A stretch of DNA of 64,000 nucleotides from Thermoplasmata archaeon (GCA_027314165.1 DAHVCH010000011.1:1990-65989), one strand, 5' to 3'. Counted from the stretch's first letter, positions 42,674 to 52,354 are shown. Numbers and translations are program-made. Notes: generated from the letters alone by a model not told the origin.

Positions 42674-44956
42674 TCAGGGATACACGGGCGGGCTTCCGTC
42701 CCAGGGAACGGGCGCCGCGCGCTCCGGCTCGGAGCCCGCGAGGGCTTGGGCTTCGGCGCCCGCCCGGTGCCTCCTCGAGACCAGCACGGCCGCCGCCACC
42801 CCCGCACCGGCGATCACCACGACGGCCACGAGCGCGTAGAGGCCGGGTCCGCCCGTGAGGGAGCCGTAGGGCGAAGGGCCGGTCTTCCCCCCGGGGGGGG
42901 ACGAGGTAGGAGGGACGGTCGAACTGGCTCCGACCACGAGGTTGAGCTTCGCCTGGAGGGTGGCCCCCGACGAGTCGTCGACCGTGGCGACCACCTGGAA
43001 CGTCCCGGGGCTGGTGTAGGTGTGGCCCTGCGACACCGAGGTCCCCGAGACCGCAAGCAGTCCGGTGGAAGCGCCGTCGCCGTAGTTCCACGCCACGCGG
43101 TAGGGAGCGGTCCCCCCCTTCACGGTGAGCGTGAACGTGGTGGAGAGCGGCGCGACGCCCTGGCCCGGGCTCGAGCCCAGGGTGGCGGCGAGCGGGCCGG
43201 GGGGCGCGTTGATGACGACCCATGCCGTCGCGCTGGTCGCGTTCGACCGCCCGTCCGTGACGGTGACCGAGGCGCCGTAGGTGCCGACGGTGTTGTACGT
43301 GTACGAGACGGTGGCCCCGGACGTGGCCTGCGTCGTCCCGTCGCCGAACGTCCAGGTGTACGGGCCGTAGGTGCCCGAGCCGCCGGAGGCGTTGGCGGTG
43401 AAGGTGATCGGAGCGGGCACGGTCCCGACGACGGCGCTCGCCAGGAGGGTGACACGGAGCGGATGCGAGATCCCCGCGACCGTCACGACGACCGGCGCGG
43501 AGCTTCCCGTCGCCCCCGCGCTGTCCGTGACCGACACCTTGGCGTCGAAGGTGCCCGCGGAGGTGTAGGTGTGCGAGACCGTGGCCGTCGTGGTGGTCGT
43601 GGCGGAACCGTCGCCGAAGGTCCACGCGTAGAGGGTGTAGGGGGGCGTTCCTCCGCTCACGCTCGCGTCGAGCGAGGTCGTGAACGGCGCCGTGCCGTTG
43701 GCCATCGGGAGCGAGAGGGACACGGAGAGGGCGGGTGGCGCTCCGCTGGAGACGGTCACCGTCCCGTTCGTCGAGTGGCCCACGACGCCCAGCGAGTCGT
43801 TGACCGCGGCGTCCACGGTGTAGGTCCCCACCGAGGCGTAGGTGTGGGTCGCCGTGGGGGAGAGGGACCGGCTGGAGGTGCCGTCACCCCAGAAGAAGCG
43901 GTAGGAGGGATAGACGGTGGAGCCCCCGGTGGCCACGACGCTCGCCGCGACCGTGAGCGGGGCGCTCCCGGAGGTGGGGGAGAGGGTCAGGGCGACCAGC
44001 GGGCGGTCCACGCCGCTGCCGCCCTGGGTCGTCGCGAGGATGTGGATGAACCGGTAGGCGTAGGCGCCTCCCAGGGTCCAGTTCGCCCCGAAGTGCGAGT
44101 TGGTGTGCGCGGCCACGTCCCCGTTCCCGACGTAGACCGCGATGTGGTCCCAGGTGCCGTCCGGGGGGTTCCACTCGTAGTTGATCATGTCCCCGGCCTC
44201 CATCGTCTGGACCCCGTAGACCTGGATCCCCCACCCGTTGTTCAGGAACATGTCCCCGAGCGCCGGAGCGGAGGGTTCGCCGTAGGTCGGGGGGACGCGC
44301 GAAGGGATGTTGATCCCGCCGCCCGCCTGGTGGGGCTCGTTGCCGTCCACGGAGCTCACGAAGTGCGCGCAATCGTCGCCGGAGAGCCCGACGACACTGG
44401 TGCCCTGAGGGTAGGAGACGTAGGTGCCGCCGCTGTTCCAGAAGTACCCGTCGCTGGTGACGACGTTCCAGTACTCCGCCGCGTAGGAGAGCGCCGCCGC
44501 CCGGTCGAACGCGATGGTCTTGCCGGTGAGGTTGGTGAGCCAGGCGGTGCCGTTGGACCCCTCGGCCGACCAGCCGGTGAAGTTGTTGTCCCAGGAGACC
44601 TCCCACCACACGTACCCGTTGGCGAGTGCGCTCCCGGCGACGATGCGTCCCTGCTCGTACTGTTGCTCCACGGTGAAGATCGTGGCGGACTGCGAGGGGG
44701 CCTGCCGGCAGTTCAGCGTCCCGGAGGCGACTTCCACCTGGTCGTTCACCGCGAGCCCGAAGGCGGAGCCCGAGGAGAGGTGGGCCCCGACGCCGCTCAT
44801 GGACAGGGTCGCGGCGTGAGCGAGCGCGGCGTGGGGGAGCGGGGCGGTCGGGCCGCCGGCCGAGATCGCCACGCCCGGGCCCGGGAGGACCGAGACGAGG
44901 GCTGCGAACAGCAGCACGGACGCCGCAACCCCGAACCGGGACGGGCTCGATCTCAT
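42674..44956 (-). CDS. Membrane-anchored secreted protein: signal peptide + SH3b-like + papain-fold amidase (Amidase_6/NlpC-P60-like) + 4 PKD repeats + C-terminal TM
   Basis: Signal peptide MRSSPSRFGVAASVLLFAALVSVL. SH3b-like region …GTLNCRQAPSQSATIFTVEQQYEQGRIVAGSALANGYVWWEVSW…GWSAE. Amidase region …ALSYAAEYWN…GDDCAHFVSSV…GDMINYEW…WDHIAVYVGNGDVAAHTN… with a Cys-His arrangement. PKD motifs YRFFWGDGT, YAWTFGDGS, YTWTFGDGT, VAWNYGDGA. TM LYALVAVVVIAGAGVAAAVLV. Confidence 0.8.
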   Translation of the reverse strand: MRSSPSRFGVAASVLLFAALVSVLPGPGVAISAGGPTAPLPHAALAHAATLSMSGVGAHLSSGSAFGLAVNDQVEVASGTLNCRQAPSQSATIFTVEQQYEQGRIVAGSALANGYVWWEVSWDNNFTGWSAEGSNGTAWLTNLTGKTIAFDRAAALSYAAEYWNVVTSDGYFWNSGGTYVSYPQGTSVVGLSGDDCAHFVSSVDGNEPHQAGGGINIPSRVPPTYGEPSAPALGDMFLNNGWGIQVYGVQTMEAGDMINYEWNPPDGTWDHIAVYVGNGDVAAHTNSHFGANWTLGGAYAYRFIHILATTQGGSGVDRPLVALTLSPTSGSAPLTVAASVVATGGSTVYPSYRFFWGDGTSSRSLSPTATHTYASVGTYTVDAAVNDSLGVVGHSTNGTVTVSSGAPPALSVSLSLPMANGTAPFTTSLDASVSGGTPPYTLYAWTFGDGSATTTTTATVSHTYTSAGTFDAKVSVTDSAGATGSSAPVVVTVAGISHPLRVTLLASAVVGTVPAPITFTANASGGSGTYGPYTWTFGDGTTQATSGATVSYTYNTVGTYGASVTVTDGRSNATSATAWVVINAPPGPLAATLGSSPGQGVAPLSTTFTLTVKGGTAPYRVAWNYGDGASTGLLAVSGTSVSQGHTYTSPGTFQVVATVDDSSGATLQAKLNLVVGASSTVPPTSSPPGGKTGPSPYGSLTGGPGLYALVAVVVIAGAGVAAAVLVSRRHRAGAEAQALAGSEPERAAPVPWDGSPPVYP

Positions 44957-45091
44957 GGAACCTGCGGTCCGCTCCGGCGGGCGGGGGGGCCGCGTACGAG
45001 GGCGAATGCGTGGCCTCATCCTTTATAGGTTGGGGAAGAGCGAACGACCGGGCCCGGTTCTCCGAGAGAGAATTACGTCATCAAGACGGAC

Positions 45092-45099
45092 CTTTATTA
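45092..45099 (+). promoter_or_regulatory. TATA box CTTTATTA of the large surface-protein gene
   Basis: AT-rich octamer 24-31 nt upstream of ATG 45123. A second box (CTTTATAGG, about 45020-45028) faces the divergent gene. Confidence 0.45.
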
Positions 45100-45122
45100 C
45101 CCCGTCAAAGGTCCAGCGCGTC

Positions 45123-48095
45123 ATGCTTCGCCGTGTCGCACGCGTCCTGAGAGAGACCCCCCTGTCCGCGGCCCTTCTGCTCCTCGTGGCCCTTCTTCTG
45201 CTCCCCGGAGGGGCCCTAGGCTCCGGGCACTTCGGGACCTCGACGCCGACGGCACTCCCGGTACGGGCCTCTGCGGCCGTGCCCGCCGCCCACGCGATCC
45301 CCGCCGTCTACGGGACGACGAGCGTCACCACCTCGGACGCGAAGGTCGCGAACAACCTCGCGATGAACTTCTCGATGGCCTTCCCCACCGCCATCGCGCT
45401 CTCGGCCGGGCAGGACATCAACGTGACGCTCCAGGAGCTCGTGGGGATCAACATCGCGGCCCGCGACATCTCGGAGGCGTCCATCGGCTTCTGGGCCCAC
45501 TACGACGCGGGGAGCTCCACCACGATGGTCTGGCCCGTGGCCATCTTCGGCAACCGCACGGTGACCCACACCGTCGTGGACACCGCGATCTCGCTCACGA
45601 CCCCCGGGACCCTCGTGTTCCGATTGTCCCACGCCCACGGGTACTGGTGGACGTTCTCGACCAACGGTGGCCAGGCCATCGGCTCGGGCGTCCCCGCCTG
45701 GCAGAACGGCACCTACATGCTGAACTCCTCCTCGGCCCTCGGGTACTACTCCCTCGGCTCCCGCTTCACCTTGGCCCCCACCCTCTTCATGAACGAGTCC
45801 GGGCCCTCGCTCCCCATCGCCAGCACGCAGTTCCAGGGCGTCCTGTCCCCCGCGATGCAGTTCAACACCACGACCGTCAGCTACCCGCCGGTGAACGGGC
45901 TCTACCAGGCGCCCAGCACCGCCGGCTACGCGGTCCCGATGGCGGGCTACGACCAGTGCTACGTCTCCGGCTGCCCCTGGAAGGTGGGGAACGACACGGT
46001 GCTCGTGAACTTCCCGAGCCCGGTGCCCTCGGTCACCGCGAACGGGGCCACCCTGTGGGGCGTTCCCCCGCCCCCGCCGGTGAGCTTCCACACCTGGCTC
46101 GGCGCGGAGACCGTCGACCCCAGCTTCATGAACGTCACCGGCGAGCAGATCACGCTCTCGCCCGTCCCCTCGGCGATCCCACCGGGCGGGCTCTTCGCCG
46201 CGCACGAGGCCGCGCTCCCGATCAACGGGACCGACGAGATGTACATCGGGTTCGTGGACGCGAACGTCACCTTCGGGACGCTCGCCTACCAGGGCGTCTA
46301 TCCGTTCTACGCGCTCAGCACCTACAACAGCGGGACCTTCGGCATCGACCTGACCCCGCTCGCGGCCGGGACCCAGCACACGATGTCCATCCAGCACACC
46401 AGCGGCTGGTGGTGGACGGTGCGGCTCGACGGTGGCACCTCGAGCTGGTGCACCGGCATCACCAGCTGCACGGGCAACGGCACGATCCTGCTCAACGCTT
46501 CGACGGCGTGGGGCGAGACGAACATGACCTTCAACGCGGCACCCGGTGGCCGGATCGGCACGGCCGGGTTCTTCGTGCCCATCCCGTACTCGAACCAGCC
46601 GCTCCTGGCCTACTTCGGGAACATGTCGACCTACTCGGTCACGACCTCCATCCAGCTGGACTCCCGCAGCGGGGTCTGGGGCACACCGTTCCTCGGGAAC
46701 GCCTGGAGCTGGGACACCAAGAGCTCCAAGGACGTCCTCGTCGGGAACACCCAGGAACCCTGGGCCATCCCCCCGGGGAGCGTGCTGGTGGAGAACGCCA
46801 CCGCGGCCTACCCCGCCCCCCTGTCCAACACCACCGTGGGCGGCTCGCCCAACCCCTTGTGGATCGGGACGTCGGTGACGGCGGTCGCCACCCCCACCAC
46901 CGTCGCCTCGGGCGGCGGCACCACCACCCTCGCCATCTCCGTCAGCTCCGGCGGGTCGGCGATCTCCAACGCGGTCGTGAACGTCACGGACATCGACGCC
47001 CAGCAGTACGGCCACTGCTCGTCGATCTTCCAGCCCACGGGGACCGCGGGCGACTACTCCGGCACCTGCTGGTTCAACGCCTCGGTCCCGATCCTCCTCA
47101 CGGCCCACCTCCAGGTCACCGTGACCCCGGTCTCGGGCGCGGTGGGCACGACCGTCGTCGTGATCGTCCTGACCCCTCCGCTCACCGTCTCGGCGCTCAT
47201 CGCGGGCACCCCGAGCGGCAGCACGGTCCAGGCCGGTGCGGCGCTCACGGTGGAAGTGTGGACGAACGTCTCGGGAGCCGGTGTCGCGAACGCCTTCCCG
47301 CTGCTGGCCCTGACCCCGGTGGGAGAGGGGCAGATCGGGCCCAACACCACCACGAGCATCGGGTTCTACAGCATCCCGCTCACCATCGCCTCGAACCCCG
47401 CCAGCGCGACGGCGACGCTCACGATCGCCGCCACGGGCGGGGCGGGTGCAGGGTTCGGGGTCGCCACCGCGGCGCCGATCCTGCTCAACATCAACCTGCC
47501 TAAGGCGACGGTGAGCCCGGTGTGGATCTCCGGCAGCGGCCCGTCGTCGATCGCCGCAGGCGCGACGGTGACCTTCTCCGTGAACGTCTCCTCGGGCTCC
47601 GGTCCGATCGTCGGGGCCTTCGTCCACTTCGGGGTCACCTGCAACGGCGGGACCAACTGCACGAGCCAGTTCCCCACGGTGACCGCGCCGTCGGCGACGA
47701 ACGCCCAGGGCGCATCCTCCTGGACCGTGACGGCACCGGCGACCCTTGCGCAGGCCACGACCTTCACGGTCACGGCCACGACGACGCCCAAGGGGTACGC
47801 CTCCGCCTCGGGCGCCGCGCTCCCGGTCACCGTCCAGCCGCCGGGGTCGCCGAACAACAACAACGCGAACAACTCGGGGTCGAGCCCGCTGCTCCTCTAC
47901 GCCATCGTGGGCGTGGTCGTGGTCGCCGTGGTGGCCGTGCTCGCGCTGCTCCTGATGCGGAAGAAGAAGTCCTCGCCTCCCGCCTCGTCCGCCCCGCAGG
48001 GCGGCATGGAGAGCTGGAGCCCGTCGCCGGAGGGCGAAGGGGCGGGCGCGAACGCCGGCGCCGAGCCCCCCGCGGGCCCCTCCGGGTCCGGCTGA
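45123..48095 (+). CDS. Large (990 aa) secreted, heavily N-glycosylation-sequon-rich surface protein with C-terminal TM anchor (S-layer/surface glycoprotein candidate)
   Basis: Signal peptide MLRRVARVLRETPLSAALLLLVALLLLPGGALG. More than 20 N-x-S/T sequons by eye. Internal duplication (…HAHGYWWTFSTNGGQAIGSG…NGTYMLNSSSALG… versus …HTSGWWWTVRLDGGTSSW…NGTILLNASTAWG…). Thr/Ala/Val-rich Ig-like repeats, an Asn-rich stalk (PNNNNANNSG), a TM (LLLYAIVGVVVVAVVAVLALLL) and a short cytoplasmic tail. Confidence 0.7.
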   Translation: MLRRVARVLRETPLSAALLLLVALLLLPGGALGSGHFGTSTPTALPVRASAAVPAAHAIPAVYGTTSVTTSDAKVANNLAMNFSMAFPTAIALSAGQDINVTLQELVGINIAARDISEASIGFWAHYDAGSSTTMVWPVAIFGNRTVTHTVVDTAISLTTPGTLVFRLSHAHGYWWTFSTNGGQAIGSGVPAWQNGTYMLNSSSALGYYSLGSRFTLAPTLFMNESGPSLPIASTQFQGVLSPAMQFNTTTVSYPPVNGLYQAPSTAGYAVPMAGYDQCYVSGCPWKVGNDTVLVNFPSPVPSVTANGATLWGVPPPPPVSFHTWLGAETVDPSFMNVTGEQITLSPVPSAIPPGGLFAAHEAALPINGTDEMYIGFVDANVTFGTLAYQGVYPFYALSTYNSGTFGIDLTPLAAGTQHTMSIQHTSGWWWTVRLDGGTSSWCTGITSCTGNGTILLNASTAWGETNMTFNAAPGGRIGTAGFFVPIPYSNQPLLAYFGNMSTYSVTTSIQLDSRSGVWGTPFLGNAWSWDTKSSKDVLVGNTQEPWAIPPGSVLVENATAAYPAPLSNTTVGGSPNPLWIGTSVTAVATPTTVASGGGTTTLAISVSSGGSAISNAVVNVTDIDAQQYGHCSSIFQPTGTAGDYSGTCWFNASVPILLTAHLQVTVTPVSGAVGTTVVVIVLTPPLTVSALIAGTPSGSTVQAGAALTVEVWTNVSGAGVANAFPLLALTPVGEGQIGPNTTTSIGFYSIPLTIASNPASATATLTIAATGGAGAGFGVATAAPILLNINLPKATVSPVWISGSGPSSIAAGATVTFSVNVSSGSGPIVGAFVHFGVTCNGGTNCTSQFPTVTAPSATNAQGASSWTVTAPATLAQATTFTVTATTTPKGYASASGAALPVTVQPPGSPNNNNANNSGSSPLLLYAIVGVVVVAVVAVLALLLMRKKKSSPPASSAPQGGMESWSPSPEGEGAGANAGAEPPAGPSGSG

Positions 48096-48124
48096 GCTCC
48101 TTCGCGAGGGCCCGTGAGGGCCCT

Positions 48125-49030
48125 TTAGCCCCTCGCGGAGGAAGGCGCGGCGGCGGCTGCCGCAGCCCCCGGCGGCGGCGGTCGGACGCGGGCGTCGACC
48201 ACGGCGTGCGTCCGGGCCGGTCCGTAGGGTTTCACGCGCCTCGGATGGGACTCGAGGACCTCCCCGCCTGAGGCCAGGACCGCGCGCGCGACCTCCTCCC
48301 GGGCCTCCTGCGCCCAGCTCTTGGGCGAGGAGACCACCAGATGCACGTGCATCCAGCCGCCGCTCCCGTCGAGCAGCTCGAGCGCCCGGGGAACGAACGG
48401 CAGGCTCGAGGGCAGGTAGCCCAGGAATATCCGGTCGAACGCCCCGAGGGGAAGCGCGACGGTGCGGTTGTCACCGAGATGGGGGACAACAATCCCTTCG
48501 ACCCTGTTGGCCCGGACGTTCTCCAGCAGGTAGGCGTGGGACCGGGGGTTCTTCTCCACCGCGTGGACGACCTGGGGGTGCCCGAACTTCGCCGCGGGGA
48601 GGGTGAAGTACCCGATCCCGGCGAAGAGGTCCGCCACGCGCTCCCCCGGACGGACGAGCTCCCCCGCCCTCCTCCGCTCCGAGCGGTTCCCCGCCGCGAA
48701 CATGATGGCCGCCGCGTCGAGGTGCCAGAGGATCCCCTCCTCCTGGTGGACGGTCTCGGTGCGCTCCCCGGCGAGGAGGCGGAGCCGGGGCCGCCGGAGC
48801 TCCCCCTCCACGCCGCCCTCGAACCCGAGGACGGTCTCGACGCCCATCTCCTCGCGGTAGAGCTCCCCCACCCTCGGCCCGAACGGGCTCAGCGAGCTGG
48901 GGAGCCGTAGGAGGAGGACCTTCCCCAGCCGCTGGTAGCCCCGGGGGAGGTCCGTGGCCGCGCGCCCCGCAAGGGGGCGCAGGCGATCACGGACCCGTTC
49001 CGCGGGGGGTCGGGACTGTCGTGTCGGCAC
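48125..49030 (-). CDS. Met-10+/Trm5-Taw2 family tRNA methyltransferase/aminocarboxypropyl-transferase-like
   Basis: …GILWHLDAAAIMFAAGNRSERRR…ERVADLFAGIGYFTLPAAKFG…VHAVEKNPRSHAYLLENVRAN… matches the Trm5/TYW2 fold pattern. The 5' end overlaps trmB-like by 44 nt, so the start is uncertain. Confidence 0.75.
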   Translation of the reverse strand: MPTRQSRPPAERVRDRLRPLAGRAATDLPRGYQRLGKVLLLRLPSSLSPFGPRVGELYREEMGVETVLGFEGGVEGELRRPRLRLLAGERTETVHQEEGILWHLDAAAIMFAAGNRSERRRAGELVRPGERVADLFAGIGYFTLPAAKFGHPQVVHAVEKNPRSHAYLLENVRANRVEGIVVPHLGDNRTVALPLGAFDRIFLGYLPSSLPFVPRALELLDGSGGWMHVHLVVSSPKSWAQEAREEVARAVLASGGEVLESHPRRVKPYGPARTHAVVDARVRPPPPGAAAAAAAPSSARG

Positions 49031-49760
49031 GTTCGAGCATGATGTCCAGGAATTGCTTGAGGTGTTCGGCCAGGATCGGGTTGTCGGTGAACCCGCACGC
49101 CTCCAGGCCGGGAGAGGCGAGGAGCGCGTGCTCCCCGTCGACCAGGAGGTCCGTGGCGAGGATGTGCTGGCGCGCCACGTGCCGGCACCCTTCGGGGATC
49201 TTCTGGGCGGGAGCGGTGATGAACGTGATCTCGACGCCCCTCTTCACCGCGCTCTGGATGCGCTTGCCGAGCTCCTCCCTGAGGTCCGCCACCTGGGGCG
49301 TCGTGACGATGACGGTCCTCGTGGACCGGTCCAGGAACTCGCCCACCTTGGTGAGGACCTTCTGCCGCCCGTAGAGGAGGTAGACCAGCTGGGGCTCGCC
49401 CTGCTCCCCCACCATCCGGTGGAGGTCCTGGAGCCGACCGAAGACCTCCTGGACGTCCCCCTTCAGCCGCTCGGCCACCTTCTCGGGGGGGTAGGGCTTG
49501 AAGAGCGTCGGCTTGCCCCCGGAGGAGTACGCGTAGCCCTTCTGGCAGAGCGCTTCCAGGACCTTGTACGCGCTGGTCCGGGGGATCTGCGCCGTGCTCG
49601 CGAGCGTGGCGGCGTCGCCGTAGCCGCGGGTCACGAGGGCCATGTAGGCCCGGGATTCGTAGTGGGTGAGCCCGACCCGCTCGAGGATCTCGACCGCCCT
49701 TCGGTATTCGGACGTCTGGTCGTTGCCCAGGGAGGCGACCAGCTCGTCGGGGCCTGGCAT
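48987..49760 (-). CDS. TrmB-family transcriptional regulator
   Basis: …LERVGLTHYESRAYMALVTRGYGDAATLASTAQIPRTSAYKVLEALCQKGYA… is the TrmB wHTH, followed by a C-terminal effector-like domain. Confidence 0.8.
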   Translation of the reverse strand: MPGPDELVASLGNDQTSEYRRAVEILERVGLTHYESRAYMALVTRGYGDAATLASTAQIPRTSAYKVLEALCQKGYAYSSGGKPTLFKPYPPEKVAERLKGDVQEVFGRLQDLHRMVGEQGEPQLVYLLYGRQKVLTKVGEFLDRSTRTVIVTTPQVADLREELGKRIQSAVKRGVEITFITAPAQKIPEGCRHVARQHILATDLLVDGEHALLASPGLEACGFTDNPILAEHLKQFLDIMLERADTTVPTPRGTGP

Positions 49761-49850
49761 CCGCCGACCTCAAATAGGCTCGACCTAAATCGTTGAGGGG
49801 CCGCCGCCGTTCCCTGCCTCGGGGGCGATTTATCCATTGACGTACTGAGG

Positions 49851-50795
49851 ATGCCGATGGTGGAGGGCATCTTCCGCCCGGGCCCAGCTCTCCCGGGCCG
49901 GCGTAGCGACTTTGTCGCGACCGCCACGGACCGTACCCTCCTCGTCGTCGGAGGATGCCTTTCCCCCCGCGAGCCCGTCCGGGACACGTGGGTCCTCGAC
50001 CTCGCGACGGAGAAGTGGAGGACGGGACCGCCCATCCCGGAACCCCGAGAGGGGATCGCTTGGGCGCGCGACAAGGACTGGCTCCTGGCCGCGGGCGGGT
50101 ACCTGCCGACCTCCGACATCGCGGGCATGGTCGACGCGCTCCACCTCCACGAGGAGCGCTGGGAGGCCCGTCAACCGCTCCCGCACGCCACGGCCTGGGG
50201 AAGGGGAGCGCTCGTGGGAGGCGCGCTCCATCTCGCCGGAGGGTTCCGGATCGATCCCCGGAGCGCGGACGCGGCGATCCCGGACCACCTCCAGGGCTCC
50301 CTGGAGGGAGGGAAGCTCGTCCACTGGCGCGACGCCCCGCCGCTCCCGCTGGGCGTGGCCGACGGGACGTTCGCCCCTCTCCCCGGAGGGGAGAAGATCG
50401 TCTGGTCCGGAGGAGCGCTCGGGGTGGGCGCGTGGAGGAGGGAGCACCTCTTCTCCCAGCCCGTGACCGGGGTCACCTTCGCCTTCGACACCTTCCACCA
50501 GACCTGGCAGCGGCTCCCGGAGCTCCCGGTCCCCCGGCGGGCCCACCGTGCGCTCGCGCTGAAGGAGGGCGTCCTCGTCGCGGGAGGAGTGGACGACGAG
50601 ACCACCGCGCTCTCCAGCGTCTTCCTTCTCAGCCCCGACGGGTTCTGGAACGAGCTCGAGTCCCTCCCGGACCCGCGCTACCACTTCGGGCTGGTCGAGG
50701 TGGGCGACGAGATCTGGGTGCTGGGAGGGAACTACCTCGAGGGCGAGGCCCCGCCCACCCTCCGGGTGGCGAAGAAGGACTGGCTCCGCGCGTGA
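49851..50795 (+). CDS. Kelch-repeat beta-propeller protein
   Basis: Repeated …LLVVGG…W…, …LLAAGGY…, …LHLAGG…, …VLVAGG…, …IWVLGGN… blades with the Kelch-typical GG and W spacing. Confidence 0.65.
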   Translation: MPMVEGIFRPGPALPGRRSDFVATATDRTLLVVGGCLSPREPVRDTWVLDLATEKWRTGPPIPEPREGIAWARDKDWLLAAGGYLPTSDIAGMVDALHLHEERWEARQPLPHATAWGRGALVGGALHLAGGFRIDPRSADAAIPDHLQGSLEGGKLVHWRDAPPLPLGVADGTFAPLPGGEKIVWSGGALGVGAWRREHLFSQPVTGVTFAFDTFHQTWQRLPELPVPRRAHRALALKEGVLVAGGVDDETTALSSVFLLSPDGFWNELESLPDPRYHFGLVEVGDEIWVLGGNYLEGEAPPTLRVAKKDWLRA

Positions 50796-50822
50796 GGGGC
50801 CCGAAGGGCCGCGCTCGCGCGT

Positions 50823-52235
50823 TCAGGCGACGGGTCGGGCCATCGCGATGAGGGCTTTGAGCCCCAGGAACTCCTCGGCCTCCTGGGCGCTCAGGATCCC
50901 TTCCTGGACCAGGTAGTCCCGGGGGTTCATCCCGCTCGCCGCGGCCTTCTTGATCACCTCGGCCACCTTGAGGTAGCCAAGGCGGGGCGTGAGCACCGTC
51001 GCGAGGGCGTGGGAGGAGAGCAGGTAGTGCTCCATGCGTTGCGGGTTCGGGCGGATCCCGGCGACGCATCGCTCCGCGAAGACCGGCAGGAAGTTCGAGA
51101 GGAGCCGGCAGGAGAAGAGGACCTCGAAGGCCATCACCGGCATCATCACGTTGATCTCGAACTGGCCGGCCTGGGAGGCGAGGGAGGTCGCGAGGTCGCT
51201 CCCGATGACGTGGAAGCAGACCTGGTTCAGGCACTCCACCATCGAGGGGTTCACCTTCCCCGGCATGATCGAAGAGCCCGGCTGGACCTCCGGGAGGCGG
51301 ATCTCGTCGAGGCCGGTCGCGGGGCCGGAGGTGAGCAGCCGCAGGTCGTTCGCGATCCGGGTGAGCTCCACGGCCGCGGACCGTAGCCACGCCGAGGCCT
51401 CGGAGGCCGCGCGCCGGCTCTGCATCGCCTCGAACGGGTCCCGGGCCGCGCGGAGGGGGACCTTCGCGAGGGCGGAGAGGCGCTCGACGCTCAGGTGGCG
51501 GAAGCCCACCTTCGTGTTGATCCCGCTCCCCACGGCGCTGCCGCCGAGGGCGACCTCGCCCAGGTCCTCCTTCACGTGCGGGAGGGCCTCCAGCACCCGC
51601 CGCAGGGTCGAGGCGTAGGCCTGGAACTCGGACCCGAGCGTGACCGGCATCGCGTCCTGGAGATGCGTCCGCCCGGCCTTCGGGAGCCCCTCGAGCTCCT
51701 TCGCCTTCGTCTCGAGCGCCTGGACGAGGCGAACGAGCGCGGACTCGACCTCCCCGAGGGCGAAGAGCGCCGAGAGGTTGAGGGCGGTGGGGAACGTGTC
51801 GTTCGTGGACTGGCCGCGGTTCACGTGGTCGTTGGGGGAGAGGTAGGCGTAGTCGCCCTTGGCCTTCCCCAGGATCTCGAGCGCACGGTTCGCCAGCACC
51901 TCGTTGACGTTCATGTTCGTCGAGGTGCCGGCCCCCGCCTGGAACACGTCCACGATGAACTGGTCGGCGAACCGCCCGTCGGCCACCTCGCGCGCGGCCT
52001 GGGCGATGGCCCGGGCCCGCTCGGCGTCCAGCACGCCCAGGCGCTCGTTGGCCTCGCAGCAGGCGAGCTTGATGAGCGCGTAGGCCCGGACGAGCTCCGG
52101 GGGCAGGGAGAGCCCGCTCACGGGGAAGTTCTCCTTCGCCCGCAGGGCCTGGACCCCGTAGTAGGCGCCCTGGGGCACCTCCTTCGGGCCAAGGGAATCC
52201 TTCTCGGTGCGCGTGGGAGGCTCCGTCGCGGTCAT
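50823..52235 (-). CDS. aspA: Aspartate ammonia-lyase (fumarase/aspartase superfamily)
   Basis: …EKDSLGPKEVPQGAYYGVQALRAKENFPVSG…, FQAGAGTSTNMNVNEV…, GSSIMPGKVNP signature. The GAGTS variant favours aspartase over FumC. ATG at 52235. Confidence 0.8.
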   Translation of the reverse strand: MTATEPPTRTEKDSLGPKEVPQGAYYGVQALRAKENFPVSGLSLPPELVRAYALIKLACCEANERLGVLDAERARAIAQAAREVADGRFADQFIVDVFQAGAGTSTNMNVNEVLANRALEILGKAKGDYAYLSPNDHVNRGQSTNDTFPTALNLSALFALGEVESALVRLVQALETKAKELEGLPKAGRTHLQDAMPVTLGSEFQAYASTLRRVLEALPHVKEDLGEVALGGSAVGSGINTKVGFRHLSVERLSALAKVPLRAARDPFEAMQSRRAASEASAWLRSAAVELTRIANDLRLLTSGPATGLDEIRLPEVQPGSSIMPGKVNPSMVECLNQVCFHVIGSDLATSLASQAGQFEINVMMPVMAFEVLFSCRLLSNFLPVFAERCVAGIRPNPQRMEHYLLSSHALATVLTPRLGYLKVAEVIKKAAASGMNPRDYLVQEGILSAQEAEEFLGLKALIAMARPVA

Positions 52236-52354
52236 GGTCAGGGCCCGGCAGGAACCTCCCGAGAAAAAGGCGGAGGGTCCCGCGTCAAGAGGCATGGAAA
52301 CCTCCAAAAGACGCTCCACCGTGAACCGACAAGAGCGAGGGAGCTCCCGCGCGG

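Noticed and set aside
45216-47627. 803-aa ORF on the minus strand (and 618-aa ORF 45647..47503 on the plus strand in another frame)
   Set aside because: These are shadow frames of the 990-aa surface protein gene. They are R/G/D/H-rich junk with no signal peptide or domains.
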